A stretch of 64,000 bases of DNA from Candidatus Nanoarchaeia archaeon (GCA_041488275.1 JBGPOY010000004.1:795-64794), one strand, 5' to 3'; positions 18,110-28,047 are shown, counted from the first letter of the stretch. Translations and numbers: made by a program. Notes: generated by a model from the letters alone, not told the origin.

Positions 18110-20398
18110 TCACCCGAAGTAAATCGGCTTTTCTTCCTGCATTTCTTTGGCGCGGGCTTGCGTGAACTGGTCCTGCAGGTCCTTGTAGGATTTTTCGATG
18201 TCTTTCGTCACGCTGGGACGGACTTTCTTGAGCGACTGGTCAAAGTGGTCTTTCGTGATTTCCTTGGCGCTCATGTTCTCGCGCAACGCCATAATGGCTG
18301 CTTCGCGGCAGATGCTTTCGATGTCTGCTCCGACGTATCCGTCGGTGCGTTCTGCCAAGTCCTCAAGTTTGATGGTCTTGGAGAGCGGCATGTTCTTGGT
18401 ATGAATCTTGAAAATCTCGTTGCGCACGGCTTTGTCGGGAACGGGCGTCATGATGATGCGGTCAAAGCGTCCCGGGCGCAAGAGTGCCGTGTCCAAAATG
18501 TCAGGTCTGTTCGTCGCGCCGATGATGACGATATCGTGCAACGCTTCCAGCCCGTCGATTTCCGTGAGCAGTTGGTTGACGACGCGGGCGGTGACGTCCG
18601 AATCTGAAGAAACTCCTCGGCGCGGCGCGAGGCTGTCCATTTCGTCAAAGAAAATGATTGCGGGAGCGGCTTGGCGCGCTTTCTTGAAGATTTCGCGCAC
18701 GGCTTTTTCGCTTTCGCCGACCCACTTGCTCAGCAGTTCCGGACCTTTAATCGAGATAAAGTTGGCTTCGCTTTCCGTCGCGACGGCTTTGGCGAGCATC
18801 GTCTTGCCCGTGCCGGGCGGACCGTACAGGAGAATGCCTTTCGGCGGCTTGACTCCCAAGCGCTTGAACGCTTCGGGGTGCTTGAGCGGCCATTCGACGG
18901 CTTCGAGTAATTCCTGCTTGATGCTTTTCAGGCCGCCGACGTCGTCCCAGTGAATGTTCGGCATTTCGACGAGGACTTCGCGCAGTGCTGAAGGTCGGAC
19001 GACTTTGAGGGCTTCCTTGAAGTCCTTCTTCATAATCATCAGCTTTTCGAGGATTTCTTTGGGAATGGCTTCCTCTGCGTCGTACTGCAAGTCGGGAAGC
19101 ACGCGTCGGAGCACAATCATCGCGCTTTCCTTTGCCAGCGACGCAAGGTCTGCCCCGACAAAGCCGTGCGTGATGCTCGCGATTTCGCGCAGGTTGACGT
19201 CCTTGGCGAGCGGCATGTTGCGCGTGTGAATCTTGAGAATGTTGAGGCGTCCTTCCTTGTTGGGAACGCCGATTTCGATTTCGCGGTCAAACCGTCCCGG
19301 TCGTCTGAGCGCCGGGTCGAGGATGTTGGGAACATTGGTTGCGGCGATGACGACGACTTTCCCTCGCGATTTCAGTCCGTCCATCAGAGCGAGCATTTGC
19401 GCGACGACTCTGCGCTCGACTTCGCCTCTCGTTTCTTCGCGCTTGGACGCGATGGCGTCGATTTCGTCGATGAAAATGATGCTGGGAGCGTTCTTTTCCG
19501 CTTCTTCGAACTTCTTGCGCAGGTTTTCCTCGGACTGTCCGTAATATTTGGACATGATTTCCGGACCGTTAATCAAAACGAAATGGGAGTTGGTCTCGTT
19601 CGCGACGGCTTTCGCCATCAAGGTCTTGCCCGTGCCGGGCGGGCCGTGCAGCAGGACTCCTTTCGGAGGTTCGACGCCGAGGCGTTCGAAGATTTCGGGG
19701 TGTTTGAGCGGGAGTTCAATCATTTCGCGCACTTTCTTGATTTCGTCCTGCAAGCCGCCGATGTCTTCGTACGCGATGTCGGGGACGGTTTCTTCCTTCA
19801 ACTCCACTGCTTCGGGGTTGAGCTGGATTTCCGTCGCGTCCGTGATGATGACGGGCTGTTTCGGGTTGGTCTCGACGACCATGAACTTGAGGTCAGTAAA
19901 GCCGAAGCCCATCATGCTGGCTTCGTCCAAGAGCGGGAATACTTCGTCGAAGAACGGGCTGCCGGACATCGTGTTTCGCCTTCTGCGAGTTCCGCCGAGC
20001 GAGATGATGTCTCCTTTCACGACCGAGCGTCCGAGAAGTCCTTGTTTGAAGATGCCCGGGCTTGCCTTGACGACAATGCCTTCCTTGGCGGGCGCGATGA
20101 TGACTTTCTTTGCTTCCTTGACTTCCGCCTTGCGCACGGTCACCTGTTCGCCGATGCTCGTGCGGGCGTTCTTGCGCGCGAGGTTGTCCATGCGGATGAA
20201 GTCCAGGCCGATGTCGCTTGGGTACGCTCGATCGACCAGAGCAACGGTCTTGCGTGTGCCTTCGATTTCGAGAACGTCACCCGGACGGACATCAATGCGG
20301 TGCATGAATCCGCTGTCTATCCTGACGATGCCTTTGTTCACGTCGTCCTGAATGGCTTCCGTGACCTTCAGGCGGATTTCTTTGACTGCGTCTGTCAT
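18110..20398 (-). CDS. cdc48: CDC48/VAT AAA+ ATPase
   Basis: N-domain plus two AAA modules (GPPGTGKT twice, IDEID/FDEMD, RPGRFDR); C-terminal HbYX-like IYFG. Confidence 0.97.
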   Translation of the reverse strand: MTDAVKEIRLKVTEAIQDDVNKGIVRIDSGFMHRIDVRPGDVLEIEGTRKTVALVDRAYPSDIGLDFIRMDNLARKNARTSIGEQVTVRKAEVKEAKKVIIAPAKEGIVVKASPGIFKQGLLGRSVVKGDIISLGGTRRRRNTMSGSPFFDEVFPLLDEASMMGFGFTDLKFMVVETNPKQPVIITDATEIQLNPEAVELKEETVPDIAYEDIGGLQDEIKKVREMIELPLKHPEIFERLGVEPPKGVLLHGPPGTGKTLMAKAVANETNSHFVLINGPEIMSKYYGQSEENLRKKFEEAEKNAPSIIFIDEIDAIASKREETRGEVERRVVAQMLALMDGLKSRGKVVVIAATNVPNILDPALRRPGRFDREIEIGVPNKEGRLNILKIHTRNMPLAKDVNLREIASITHGFVGADLASLAKESAMIVLRRVLPDLQYDAEEAIPKEILEKLMIMKKDFKEALKVVRPSALREVLVEMPNIHWDDVGGLKSIKQELLEAVEWPLKHPEAFKRLGVKPPKGILLYGPPGTGKTMLAKAVATESEANFISIKGPELLSKWVGESEKAVREIFKKARQAAPAIIFFDEMDSLAPRRGVSSDSDVTARVVNQLLTEIDGLEALHDIVIIGATNRPDILDTALLRPGRFDRIIMTPVPDKAVRNEIFKIHTKNMPLSKTIKLEDLAERTDGYVGADIESICREAAIMALRENMSAKEITKDHFDQSLKKVRPSVTKDIEKSYKDLQDQFTQARAKEMQEEKPIYFG

Positions 20399-20424
20399 GA
20401 CTATGATGGGTGAGCCGAGAACGC

Positions 20425-20832
20425 TTACTTCGCCGAAACTTGCGGCATTTCAATGGGCGAAGGCAGGTTGAGCTCGCGGCTCATGAGGATTGCTTCGACA
20501 TTGCACTTGCTGAGGATGTGATTGATGAGGACGCGGCTGATGTCCTTGGGAAGCTGCTTGTCCTTTTGCCACGCCTTTGCGAGTGCTTCAATCTTTGCCG
20601 GAGGATCCAGGTAAATGATGCCGCCCTCGAGCACGATTTTGCCCTTGTCGGGTTCGTAGTTCGTGGTGAACTGGAACTCGACGCGAAGCACATCTTGCGT
20701 TCCGGGGCCCATTTCGAGCTTGATTTTCGCCGCTTCCGTGAGGTTGACGGCGTTCTTGACGGTGACGTTGCCGGTGTTGCGGTCCGAGCGTTCGCCCAAA
20801 ATTTTGGTATAGTTGAATGCAATGATTGGCAT
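20425..20832 (-). CDS. Conserved archaeal hypothetical protein (possibly SecB-like fold)
   Basis: F.F...YEP..GKI.LEG...Y and ELNLPSPI motifs; directly upstream of cdc48. Confidence 0.7.
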   Translation of the reverse strand: MPIIAFNYTKILGERSDRNTGNVTVKNAVNLTEAAKIKLEMGPGTQDVLRVEFQFTTNYEPDKGKIVLEGGIIYLDPPAKIEALAKAWQKDKQLPKDISRVLINHILSKCNVEAILMSRELNLPSPIEMPQVSAK

Positions 20833-20913
20833 GGAAAACCACCTGACGTTTGTGCCCCCTGCGGGGTTATTTAAAGTATTCGTTTGCCGTTTTGAGCGTA
20901 TTTAAAGTTTTCC

Positions 20914-21693
20914 TTACTTCGGGGTAACGGCAGGCGGCGTCGTGCTGAACGTGACGCCCGCGTTCTCGCTTTCACGCACCCAGTCGTCGAGCGCGTTGAA
21001 CTCGGTCTTCAGCTCCCACAGCGCGCTCCTTTGGTCCTTGAACGATTCGAGCAGGGGATCGAGCCACCGGTCGGCGCGCGTGCGCGTGTCTTCCTTATAC
21101 GCGGGCGTGCGGTAGCGGTCAAGCTGGGCGTGGACGTCGCGCGCCTTGAAGTGCAGCGTGTAGCCTTCGCTGGTCGGCCAGCGCAGATTCCACGTTTCGG
21201 CCTCCAGCAGGTAGCTGATGTCCGGCCGCGAGCCGGTGTCTTCCCGCTTGATGTGGTTGATGAACGTTTCCTGCTTCATCCGGTCAAACCTGAGAAGGTG
21301 GGTTTCCTGCCGGTCGCGGCGGTAATGCGCGAAATACACGTTATCTTCCGATTCGTGAAACAGGGACGGATTGTTGTGCATGTACGAGTAAATGGCTGAC
21401 GTTTCCTTGATGGTCGGGTCGCCGAGCGACAGCATCAGCTTGCCGAGTTTTCGGTGTTCTTCGCGCTGGCTCAACGCGAGCTTGGTGTTGTCCGACGGGT
21501 CAACCAAGAGTTTGCCCTGCGCTTCAAAAAACGAAGGCGTGGCGAAGTACGTGCTGAACCTGCCGTACGCCTGCGGAGCGAGCAGATAGACGTGTTGGCT
21601 GTGAATGTACTGCTCCTGTGTCACCAGCATCTTCGGACGCCCGCTTTTGCACAACCGCGACGCCATTGACCAGAGAATTTTGCTTGCGCGCAT
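20914..21693 (-). CDS. Hypothetical protein
   Basis: Long ORF with host-like codons; start chosen about 25 nt downstream of a TTTTAA box. Confidence 0.65.
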   Translation of the reverse strand: MRASKILWSMASRLCKSGRPKMLVTQEQYIHSQHVYLLAPQAYGRFSTYFATPSFFEAQGKLLVDPSDNTKLALSQREEHRKLGKLMLSLGDPTIKETSAIYSYMHNNPSLFHESEDNVYFAHYRRDRQETHLLRFDRMKQETFINHIKREDTGSRPDISYLLEAETWNLRWPTSEGYTLHFKARDVHAQLDRYRTPAYKEDTRTRADRWLDPLLESFKDQRSALWELKTEFNALDDWVRESENAGVTFSTTPPAVTPK

Positions 21694-21772
21694 GCGGTTG
21701 GAGAGTCCGCGTTTCTTAAAAGGATTTAGTGCGTGCAAAACCATGATTGCTGAGCACAGCTTACCAACGCAC

Positions 21773-21824
21773 CGCGAAACCTACACCGAGGCTGCTCGGT
21801 GAAGTTTCGTGCTTCACGAAACCT
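21773..21824. repeat. CCGAG-N4-CTCGG hairpin element, copy 1 (at the dys promoter)
   Basis: cgcgaaac-cta-caccgag-gctg-ctcggtg-aa-gtttcg; 35/37 nt identical to the reverse complement of 59786-59822. Confidence 0.85.
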
Positions 21825-21853
21825 TTATAAAGCTCCCGACGGGAAAAGGAGCT

Positions 21854-22864
21854 ATGGGGATTAGCAAGGACAAGCTCAGCAAGGCAAAGGAATCCATCTT
21901 CAAGCAGTCGAAAGAGCCCTCGCACGAGACGTTCATTCAGGGCTACGACTTTTCCAAGAAGTTCGACCTCCAGAAGTTCGTCGCCGCGTACGGCACGACC
22001 GGATTTCAGGCAACGAACTTCGCGCGTGCGGTCGGCATCATCAAAAAGATGAAGCTCGCGCGCGAAAAAGAAGGCTGCCGCGTGTTCCTCGGCTACACGT
22101 CGAATATGGTGACTTCCGGCGTGCGCGAATCCATTCTCCACTTGGTCAAGAATAATCTCGTGGACGTGCTCGTCACGACTGCCGGCGGCGTCGAGGAAGA
22201 CATCATCAAGTGTCTCAAGCCGTTTGTTCTCGGCGACTTCCGCGCGAAAGGAGCGGCGTTGCGCGAACAGGGCATTAATCGCACAGGCAACATCTTTGTG
22301 CCCAACGACCGCTATTGCGATTTCGAAGATTTCCTGACGCCCATTTTGAAAGAAGTTGTTGCGGAACAGAAAAAGTCCGGACACATCATCGCGCCCAGCG
22401 AACTCATCCGGATTTTGGGCGAGCGCATCAACAACGAGGAAAGCATCTATTACTGGGCCGCGAAGCACAAAATTCCCGTGTTCTGCCCCGCGATTACCGA
22501 CGGCAGCATCGGCGACATCCTGTTCTTCTTCAAGTACAACCATCCCGAGATTAAGGTCGATATCGCTGAGGACACGTTCCGTTTGAACAACCTCGCGATT
22601 GACGCAAAGCAGACGGGCATGATTGTGCTCGGTGCCGGACTCGTGAAGCACCAGATTTGCAACGCCAACATGTTCCGCGAAGGCGCGAAATACGCAGTCT
22701 ACATCAACACCGCGATGGAATACGACGGTTCCGATTCGGGAGCAGAACCCGAAGAAGCCATCTCGTGGGGCAAAATCGCAGCCACAGCCGAACACGTCAA
22801 AGTCGTCGGCGACGCCACCATTCTGTTTCCGCTTGTGGTCGCGAGCGCGTACGGCGAGAAATAA
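21854..22864 (+). CDS. dys: Deoxyhypusine synthase
   Basis: TGFQATN, GYTSNM, TTAGGVEED, NRTGN, AITDGSIGD, DGSDSGA, EAISWGKI. Confidence 0.96.
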   Translation: MGISKDKLSKAKESIFKQSKEPSHETFIQGYDFSKKFDLQKFVAAYGTTGFQATNFARAVGIIKKMKLAREKEGCRVFLGYTSNMVTSGVRESILHLVKNNLVDVLVTTAGGVEEDIIKCLKPFVLGDFRAKGAALREQGINRTGNIFVPNDRYCDFEDFLTPILKEVVAEQKKSGHIIAPSELIRILGERINNEESIYYWAAKHKIPVFCPAITDGSIGDILFFFKYNHPEIKVDIAEDTFRLNNLAIDAKQTGMIVLGAGLVKHQICNANMFREGAKYAVYINTAMEYDGSDSGAEPEEAISWGKIAATAEHVKVVGDATILFPLVVASAYGEK

Positions 22865-22865
22865 G

Positions 22866-22926
22866 ACGCCCATGCGGGTTAATCCGAGACTGCTCGGAAA
22901 ACCCTTTGGGCTAACGCCCATGCGGG
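22866..22926. repeat. Hairpin element, copy 2, with 13-bp duplication of the tRNA-Arg(CCG) 3' end
   Basis: ACGCCCATGCGGG at 22866-22878 and 22914-22926; core TCCGAG-ACTG-CTCGGA at 22883-22898. Confidence 0.85.
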
Positions 22927-22988
22927 GATTTGAACCCCGACCGCAGCCTTCGGAGGGCCGAGTACTATCCAGGTTATACTACACGGGC
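22915..22988 (-). tRNA. tRNA-Arg(CCG)
   Basis: GCCCGTG/CATGGGC acceptor stem; CGGCC-CT-CCG-AA-GGCTG anticodon arm; GGTTCAAATCC T-loop. Confidence 0.92.
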
Positions 22989-23043
22989 ATACCTCTGAAA
23001 GGAAAGCTATCTCTTTTTAAAGTCTACCCACGACACCGAACGC

Positions 23044-23838
23044 ATGATCCTCGTCGACGTTCACGCGCACTTGCAGCATGAACAGTTCAAGAAGGACTTC
23101 AAGGAAGTCATCGACCGCGCAAAGGCGGCGGGCGTGAAGGCGATTATTCTCAACGGCGTCAACGAGCCGACAAACCGTGAAGTTCTCGAGCTCGCGAAAC
23201 ACGACCCGATTCTGAAAGTGGCGTTGGGCGCGTACCCGATTGACGCGCTCGGGCTCGACTTGGAAGGCGATTCCGGGCTCACGCGCCCCATCCACAAAAT
23301 TGACCTCGACAAAGAACTCGCGTTTATCGCGTCGCAGAAGGACAAAATCATCGGCATCGGCGAAGTCGGGCTCGACTACAAGTACGTGACCGACCCTGCG
23401 CTCCAGAAAAGGATGCGCGAGAACTTCCAGCGCGTCATCGAGCTCTCCGAAAAAATCAAGAAGCCGATGATTGTGCACACGCGCGGCGCAGAAAAAGATG
23501 TGATAGAAATGCTGGAGTCCAGCAAGGTCAAGAAAGTCGACTTGCACAGCTTCGGCGCGCGCAAGAGCGTCGCGAGAAAGGCCGCAGATCTCGGATTCTA
23601 CACGAGCGTGCCTCCGGTGTGCGTTCGGCTTGACCATTACAAGATGATTGTCGACGTGTTCGGCATCAACCAGCTCCTGACGGAAACGGATAGTCCGTGG
23701 CTTGGTCCTGTCGCCGGCGAGCGTAACGAACCCAAGAACGTCTTGGAAAGCGTGAAGTTCATCGCGAAACAGAAAGCGTTTGAAGTCGAGGAAGTCGCGA
23801 ACAATGTCTGGCTGAACTATCAGCGCCTGTTCGGTTAA
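23044..23838 (+). CDS. tatD: TatD-family nuclease
   Basis: DVHAH, GIGEVGLDY, VHTRGAE, TETDSPWL. Confidence 0.93.
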   Translation: MILVDVHAHLQHEQFKKDFKEVIDRAKAAGVKAIILNGVNEPTNREVLELAKHDPILKVALGAYPIDALGLDLEGDSGLTRPIHKIDLDKELAFIASQKDKIIGIGEVGLDYKYVTDPALQKRMRENFQRVIELSEKIKKPMIVHTRGAEKDVIEMLESSKVKKVDLHSFGARKSVARKAADLGFYTSVPPVCVRLDHYKMIVDVFGINQLLTETDSPWLGPVAGERNEPKNVLESVKFIAKQKAFEVEEVANNVWLNYQRLFG

Positions 23839-24398
23839 ACGTTCGCGGCAATCAGCTTCTTCTTGCCGATGTGATGGTTGACGTATTCGACATAGCCGCG
23901 CACGCCTTTCTTGTTTTTCGTCAGCGCGAGCGAGTTCTGCGTCGGAAGCACGTACCGGTGGCTGCCGTCTTTGGCGCGCCAGATAAGTCTCCCGCCCCAC
24001 GCTTTGTTCGACGACATAACGAAATAGTGCGTGACGAGCTTCCACGTTTGAGGGACGTCGTTCAGAATCGTGTAGTCGTTCTTGCCGAACTCGGTGTAGA
24101 ATGCTTTCTTGCCTGACGGAATGCTTGTGATGAGGTTGACGTACGCGCGGAAGCGTTCAGAACTCAGGAAACGCAAAAATGCGTCCTGTTGCATCCCGAA
24201 CGCGCACGACATCTGCTGCGGAACGTATGTGCGCTTGAACTGCGCCTTCTTGGTCAAGTGCTGCACGCGCGCGAATGCGTCCTTGCGCAGGAAGTCCTGC
24301 ACGAGCAATTGTCCTTCGCGGGCGAACACGGTGCGCATCTGTTCCACGACGCCGAAGTCAAGGTATTGCGGGCGAATCCAGTCCGAGAGCTTATCCAT
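23835..24398 (-). CDS. Degenerate 2OG-Fe(II) oxygenase-fold protein resembling the Ofd1/Tpa1/OGFOD1 C-terminal domain
   Basis: DWIRPQYLD, QDFLRKD, DYTILND (no HxD), WGG, PTQNSLAL, YVEYVNH; paralogous to the upstream gene. Confidence 0.7.
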   Translation of the reverse strand: MDKLSDWIRPQYLDFGVVEQMRTVFAREGQLLVQDFLRKDAFARVQHLTKKAQFKRTYVPQQMSCAFGMQQDAFLRFLSSERFRAYVNLITSIPSGKKAFYTEFGKNDYTILNDVPQTWKLVTHYFVMSSNKAWGGRLIWRAKDGSHRYVLPTQNSLALTKNKKGVRGYVEYVNHHIGKKKLIAANV

Positions 24399-24999
24399 GG
24401 ACCCACCCTGCGAGCGTCAATCGTTGTTTGTTCGCCACAACTTCCCGCACTCGGTGATACGTCGTGCCGGGCTTGACTGTGAAAATGACGAAGGAATTCC
24501 ACGCGGGAACGTACGACTTCGCAACGCGGTTGTGTTTGAACAAGTCCAACTGTCCGCCGTTTTTCGCAATCCATTGCTTGGACAAATTTACGACAAACGC
24601 GATTTTCCTTCCTTCAAGCTTATCGTCGTGCGGAAGCAAGTGGTCAGTGTCGTCGTAGATGAAGCCGGAAATGTCAATCTCGTGCGCGAGATTCTCGCCC
24701 GTGACGTACGACAGCCACGTCAGAAATGTGCGTGATTGAAGAAAGTCGCGGAACGCGCGCAGCGTTTTGTTACTGCTTTTCTTGACATCGTGCGTTTGCT
24801 CGAACGAAAACAAGTCCGCTTCCTGCTCGAAAAAGCGTTCCTTGAGCAAGGCAGTGCGAACGCGTGCGAGTTTGTCCGCGCGGAAGAAGTTCGTGAGCTG
24901 CAGGTGCGCGAACGGCGCGTTTGACGCGTAACGTTTCCTGAGCGTCGCGGCAGTTCGTGAGCGCACGTACGCCGGAGCAATCCAGTCGCGGAGGTTCAT
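24391..24999 (-). CDS. 2OG-Fe(II) prolyl hydroxylase, OGFOD1/Tpa1 catalytic-domain-like
   Basis: DLFSFEQT, DHLLPHDDKLEGRKIAF, GGQLDLF, PAWNSFVIF, YHRVREV, RLTLAGWVHG; HxD...H triad and 2OG-binding Arg intact. Confidence 0.88.
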   Translation of the reverse strand: MNLRDWIAPAYVRSRTAATLRKRYASNAPFAHLQLTNFFRADKLARVRTALLKERFFEQEADLFSFEQTHDVKKSSNKTLRAFRDFLQSRTFLTWLSYVTGENLAHEIDISGFIYDDTDHLLPHDDKLEGRKIAFVVNLSKQWIAKNGGQLDLFKHNRVAKSYVPAWNSFVIFTVKPGTTYHRVREVVANKQRLTLAGWVHG

Positions 25000-25003
25000 C
25001 GGA

Positions 25004-25077
25004 TGAGGCTGCCCGGATTCGAACCGGGATTTGAAGGTCCCGAACCTTCAGTCATAGCCAAGTTAGACCACAGCCCC
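25004..25077 (-). tRNA. tRNA-Pro(CGG)
   Basis: GGGGCTG/CAGCCTC acceptor stem; GAAGG-TT-CGG-GA-CCTTC anticodon arm; GGTTCGAATCC T-loop. Confidence 0.92.
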
Positions 25078-25150
25078 GTGGCGCTTTTAGTTCTGTACGG
25101 GGATGCTGGTCTCTTGCCGAGCGGACTCGGCATAGGACCGCAGCCCCGTG
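25066..25150. repeat. Hairpin element, copy 3, with duplication of the tRNA-Pro(CGG) 5' end
   Basis: GACC(A/G)CAGCCCCGTG at 25066-25080 and 25136-25150; core TGCCGAG-CGGA-CTCGGCA at 25115-25132; inverted arm ACGGGGATGCTGGTC from 25097. Confidence 0.85.
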
Positions 25151-25232
25151 TGTCTTCGCTGAATTCTCGAGGGTTGCCTTATAAAGGTTTCCAGAAGGGA
25201 AAGCATAAAAGCAGCGGCGCGCTTGCTCACCT

Positions 25233-25448
25233 ATGTCCCCGCGAAAGTCCGGAGAACACTGGACACGCTCGTTGGTGAAAGCCATCACGTACCGCGTGCT
25301 CATCATCATTCTTGACTTCATAGTTATCTACTGGCTGTCCGGCAAGGTGTCGGTTGCGGCGGTGTTCGTCATCGCAAGCAACATCTACACAACGTTTGCG
25401 TATTATGCCCACGAACGTGTATGGAGTCGTATTCAGTGGAGACGTTAA
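25233..25448 (+). CDS. DUF2061-like small membrane protein
   Basis: RSLVKAITYR...YYAHERVW pattern. Confidence 0.8.
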   Translation: MSPRKSGEHWTRSLVKAITYRVLIIILDFIVIYWLSGKVSVAAVFVIASNIYTTFAYYAHERVWSRIQWRR

Positions 25449-25642
25449 GCTTTCTTCGCAACCAGAGCCATGACGAACAGGGAGAGAATGCCGAGGACGG
25501 CTCCGCCGAACATGACGACCAAGTGCGGCGTCGTGAGCGGCACGCCCACGGACGTGTGGAACGCGTGCGGCGAGAGCGCGAGAAACCAGCCGATACCCGC
25601 AATGACTGCGGCGGTGTAGTAGATGCGGGTGTAGGTGTTCAT
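25445..25642 (-). CDS. Small two-TM membrane protein
   Basis: Two hydrophobic helices with a His-containing loop (PHAFH...PH). Confidence 0.55.
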   Translation of the reverse strand: MNTYTRIYYTAAVIAGIGWFLALSPHAFHTSVGVPLTTPHLVVMFGGAVLGILSLFVMALVAKKA

Positions 25643-25679
25643 GGCAAAAAGGAAATGAAAAAAGAAAAAGGCTGAGTTC

Positions 25680-26003
25680 TTACTTCGCCATGTAGGCGAC
25701 AGCAAGCGAAACCACTCCAATCACGATGTGAAGGATGTGGAACGCGGTGTTGAACCCGAGGAAGTCGGTTATTGCGCTCAAGTACGGCACGAACCCGATG
25801 ACGCCCACGACGAGGGCGAACCAACCGAGAATCATGTTCGTCTGCTTACCGGCCTTCCAGAATACGATTGCTCCACCCAACAGGTGGATGATGTTCGAGT
25901 AGAGGTTGACGCCGAAAATGCCAAGCACCGGGTTCTGGAAAAAGCCCAAAATGCCGACAAGCGCGACAACCGCTCCGATTATCTTCGAATACGTTGCATT
26001 CAT
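25680..26003 (-). CDS. DUF4383-like membrane protein
   Basis: Four TM segments; repeated VGILGF...N...NIIHL / VGVIGF...N..HILHI units; GAGGTGA upstream. Confidence 0.75.
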   Translation of the reverse strand: MNATYSKIIGAVVALVGILGFFQNPVLGIFGVNLYSNIIHLLGGAIVFWKAGKQTNMILGWFALVVGVIGFVPYLSAITDFLGFNTAFHILHIVIGVVSLAVAYMAK

Positions 26004-26126
26004 GTCTGCGATGGTACTCACCTCATTTGAGTAATGGAGTCTGTCCAGCCTTCCGAGGATATAAAGGTTTGTGCGCGCGGTTCAGGCGCGCTGACTCATT
26101 GAGAAGTGGTTACGGGAAGGAAAAAG

Positions 26127-26200
<74 letters not shown>

Positions 26201-26292
26201 GTGCTTTGTTCGTGCTTCGGGACGTTATAAAAACCTTTGCCCAGCACAACGTTTTTAAACAACGGAGGCTCCTGAAGAACCAAAGAGGGACT

Positions 26293-26601
26293 ATGCGTAT
26301 TTCCATCGACACGGCAACGGATTCTCACGACCACATTCGCAAGGTCATTGACCTGCTGCGCCAAATGATCGGCGAGTCGCATTCCTCCAGCGCGCCTTCC
26401 TCGTCGTCCAATGTCTTTGAGCCGCAGGGAGCAAGCCCGTTCGCGGGAATCTTCGGAGACAGCGCGCCTGCCGCTCCGGCAGCGCCTGCCCCTGAATCTC
26501 CTCCTGCCGCCCCTGCCGACCCTTCGCAGCCGCAAGTGGTTGATCTGTGGGGCAACCCGAAGAAGCCAGACGACCAAGAATTCCCCGTCGAAGTCTACTA
26601 A
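26293..26601 (+). CDS. Hypothetical protein with Pro/Ala-rich linker
   Basis: GAGG SD; MRISIDT..DS...IRKVIDLL N-terminus; ends in VEVY. Confidence 0.7.
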   Translation: MRISIDTATDSHDHIRKVIDLLRQMIGESHSSSAPSSSSNVFEPQGASPFAGIFGDSAPAAPAAPAPESPPAAPADPSQPQVVDLWGNPKKPDDQEFPVEVY

Positions 26602-26602
26602 G

Positions 26603-27076
26603 ATGCCCGCCGCGAACCTGAAACAGATTGCGCAGGATGTGGAATACATCCGCAACACCGTTGAGCGCGTGCCGGATCATTTCAACATGCGCCATGTGGT
26701 CGGGTCGTTGTTCGGCGCGCTCTTGTTCGGGCTGCCGTTCGTTCCCAAGGGTTTGTTCATTGACGTCACGGCAAAGCTGACGCCCAACCACGCGCTCGCG
26801 ATGCTCGCGGCGATTGTCGCGATTCTCACCGCAGAAATTTATTACATCGGCTACGCCCGCGTGCATAACAAGGACCATCGCCACTTCGGGCAGTTCTGGG
26901 CAAAACGCATCGTCGCGTATGTCGCGGTCGGATTTTTTGTCGCAATTTTCCTCACGTACCTGTACGGGCTGAACTTCCTGGTCGAAAGCGACACGCACCT
27001 CCGCTACCTCGTCCTCGCCCTCGCGCTACCGTGCTGCGTCGGCGCAAGCGTCACCGACCTGTTGAAGAAGTACTGA
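26603..27076 (+). CDS. Membrane protein (DUF2391-like)
   Basis: Four TM segments; C-terminal VGASVTDLL; 1-nt gap from the previous gene. Confidence 0.7.
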   Translation: MPAANLKQIAQDVEYIRNTVERVPDHFNMRHVVGSLFGALLFGLPFVPKGLFIDVTAKLTPNHALAMLAAIVAILTAEIYYIGYARVHNKDHRHFGQFWAKRIVAYVAVGFFVAIFLTYLYGLNFLVESDTHLRYLVLALALPCCVGASVTDLLKKY

Positions 27077-27078
27077 CT

Positions 27079-28047
27079 ATGGGACGCGTGCTTGCGGGCG
27101 ACATCGGAGGCACCAAAACAATTCTGGGCATCTTCGACGACCACGCCGGACCGATTGCCAAGCGCACGTACGCGAGCAGAAGCTTCCACTCCTTCAAACA
27201 AATTCTTGACGATTTCCTGCAGACGCACCGCGGAGCGTTCCGCGCCGCCTGTTTCGGCGTTGCCGGTCCCGTTGTCGGTTCGCGCGCGTGGCTCACCAAT
27301 CTGTCGTGGACCGTGGATGCGGACGCGCTGAAAAAAGAACTGCGCTGCCCCGTCGCAATCCTAAATGATGCGGAAGCCGCGGCGTTCGGTATCCCGCACC
27401 TGCTTCCGACGGACACGGTCATTGTTTCGAAGGCAAAAAAGAAGGGCAACGAAACCAAGGTCGTGGTCGCTCCCGGCACCGGTCTCGGAGAGTCTATCCT
27501 GCACTGGACGGGTTCGCATTACGATGTCATCGCCGGCGAAGGAGGGCATACGGATTTTGCGCCGCGCACGCAGGTGCAGTGGGAAATGAAGCGTTTTCTC
27601 CAGCAAACGCAGCCTGATGCAGGCACCGAAGAGCTCCTGTCCGGCCACGGCTTGCTCAACATTTACGATTTTCTCAATCACCTGAAGTTTGCGCAGCAAA
27701 ACCCGGAAACCAAAGAGAGCATCATGCGCAGCGGACCTCGGGCTATCACGGCAGCCGCGCTGCAGCTCAAGGACCCGTTAAGCGTCGGCGCGGTCGACCA
27801 GTTCGTCATGATTCTCGCCGCAGAAGCCCAGCGGCTCGCGCTCACGGCGAAAGCGTTGGGCGGCGTCTATCTCGCCGGCGGAATCGTGCCGCACTTGCTG
27901 CGATTTATCCAGCACGAGCAGTTCATGCGCACGTTCCTCGAAAGCAGAATGAAGAAATTGCTGGAACAGATGCCCGTGCACGTCGTGATGAACGAAGACT
28001 TGGTGTTGCTCGGAGCGACGAGCTTTGCGCGGACGAGAACGCACTAA
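27079..28047 (+). CDS. glk: Glucokinase (bacterial Glk family)
   Basis: GDIGGTK, GVAGPV, TNLSW, LNDAEA, PGTGLG, GEGGH, LAGGI. Confidence 0.92.
   Translation: MGRVLAGDIGGTKTILGIFDDHAGPIAKRTYASRSFHSFKQILDDFLQTHRGAFRAACFGVAGPVVGSRAWLTNLSWTVDADALKKELRCPVAILNDAEAAAFGIPHLLPTDTVIVSKAKKKGNETKVVVAPGTGLGESILHWTGSHYDVIAGEGGHTDFAPRTQVQWEMKRFLQQTQPDAGTEELLSGHGLLNIYDFLNHLKFAQQNPETKESIMRSGPRAITAAALQLKDPLSVGAVDQFVMILAAEAQRLALTAKALGGVYLAGGIVPHLLRFIQHEQFMRTFLESRMKKLLEQMPVHVVMNEDLVLLGATSFARTRTH

Noticed and set aside
27079..28047. Bacterial-type glucokinase as a novelty
   Set aside because: Bacterial-like glycolytic enzymes are expected in DPANN archaea; annotated only.
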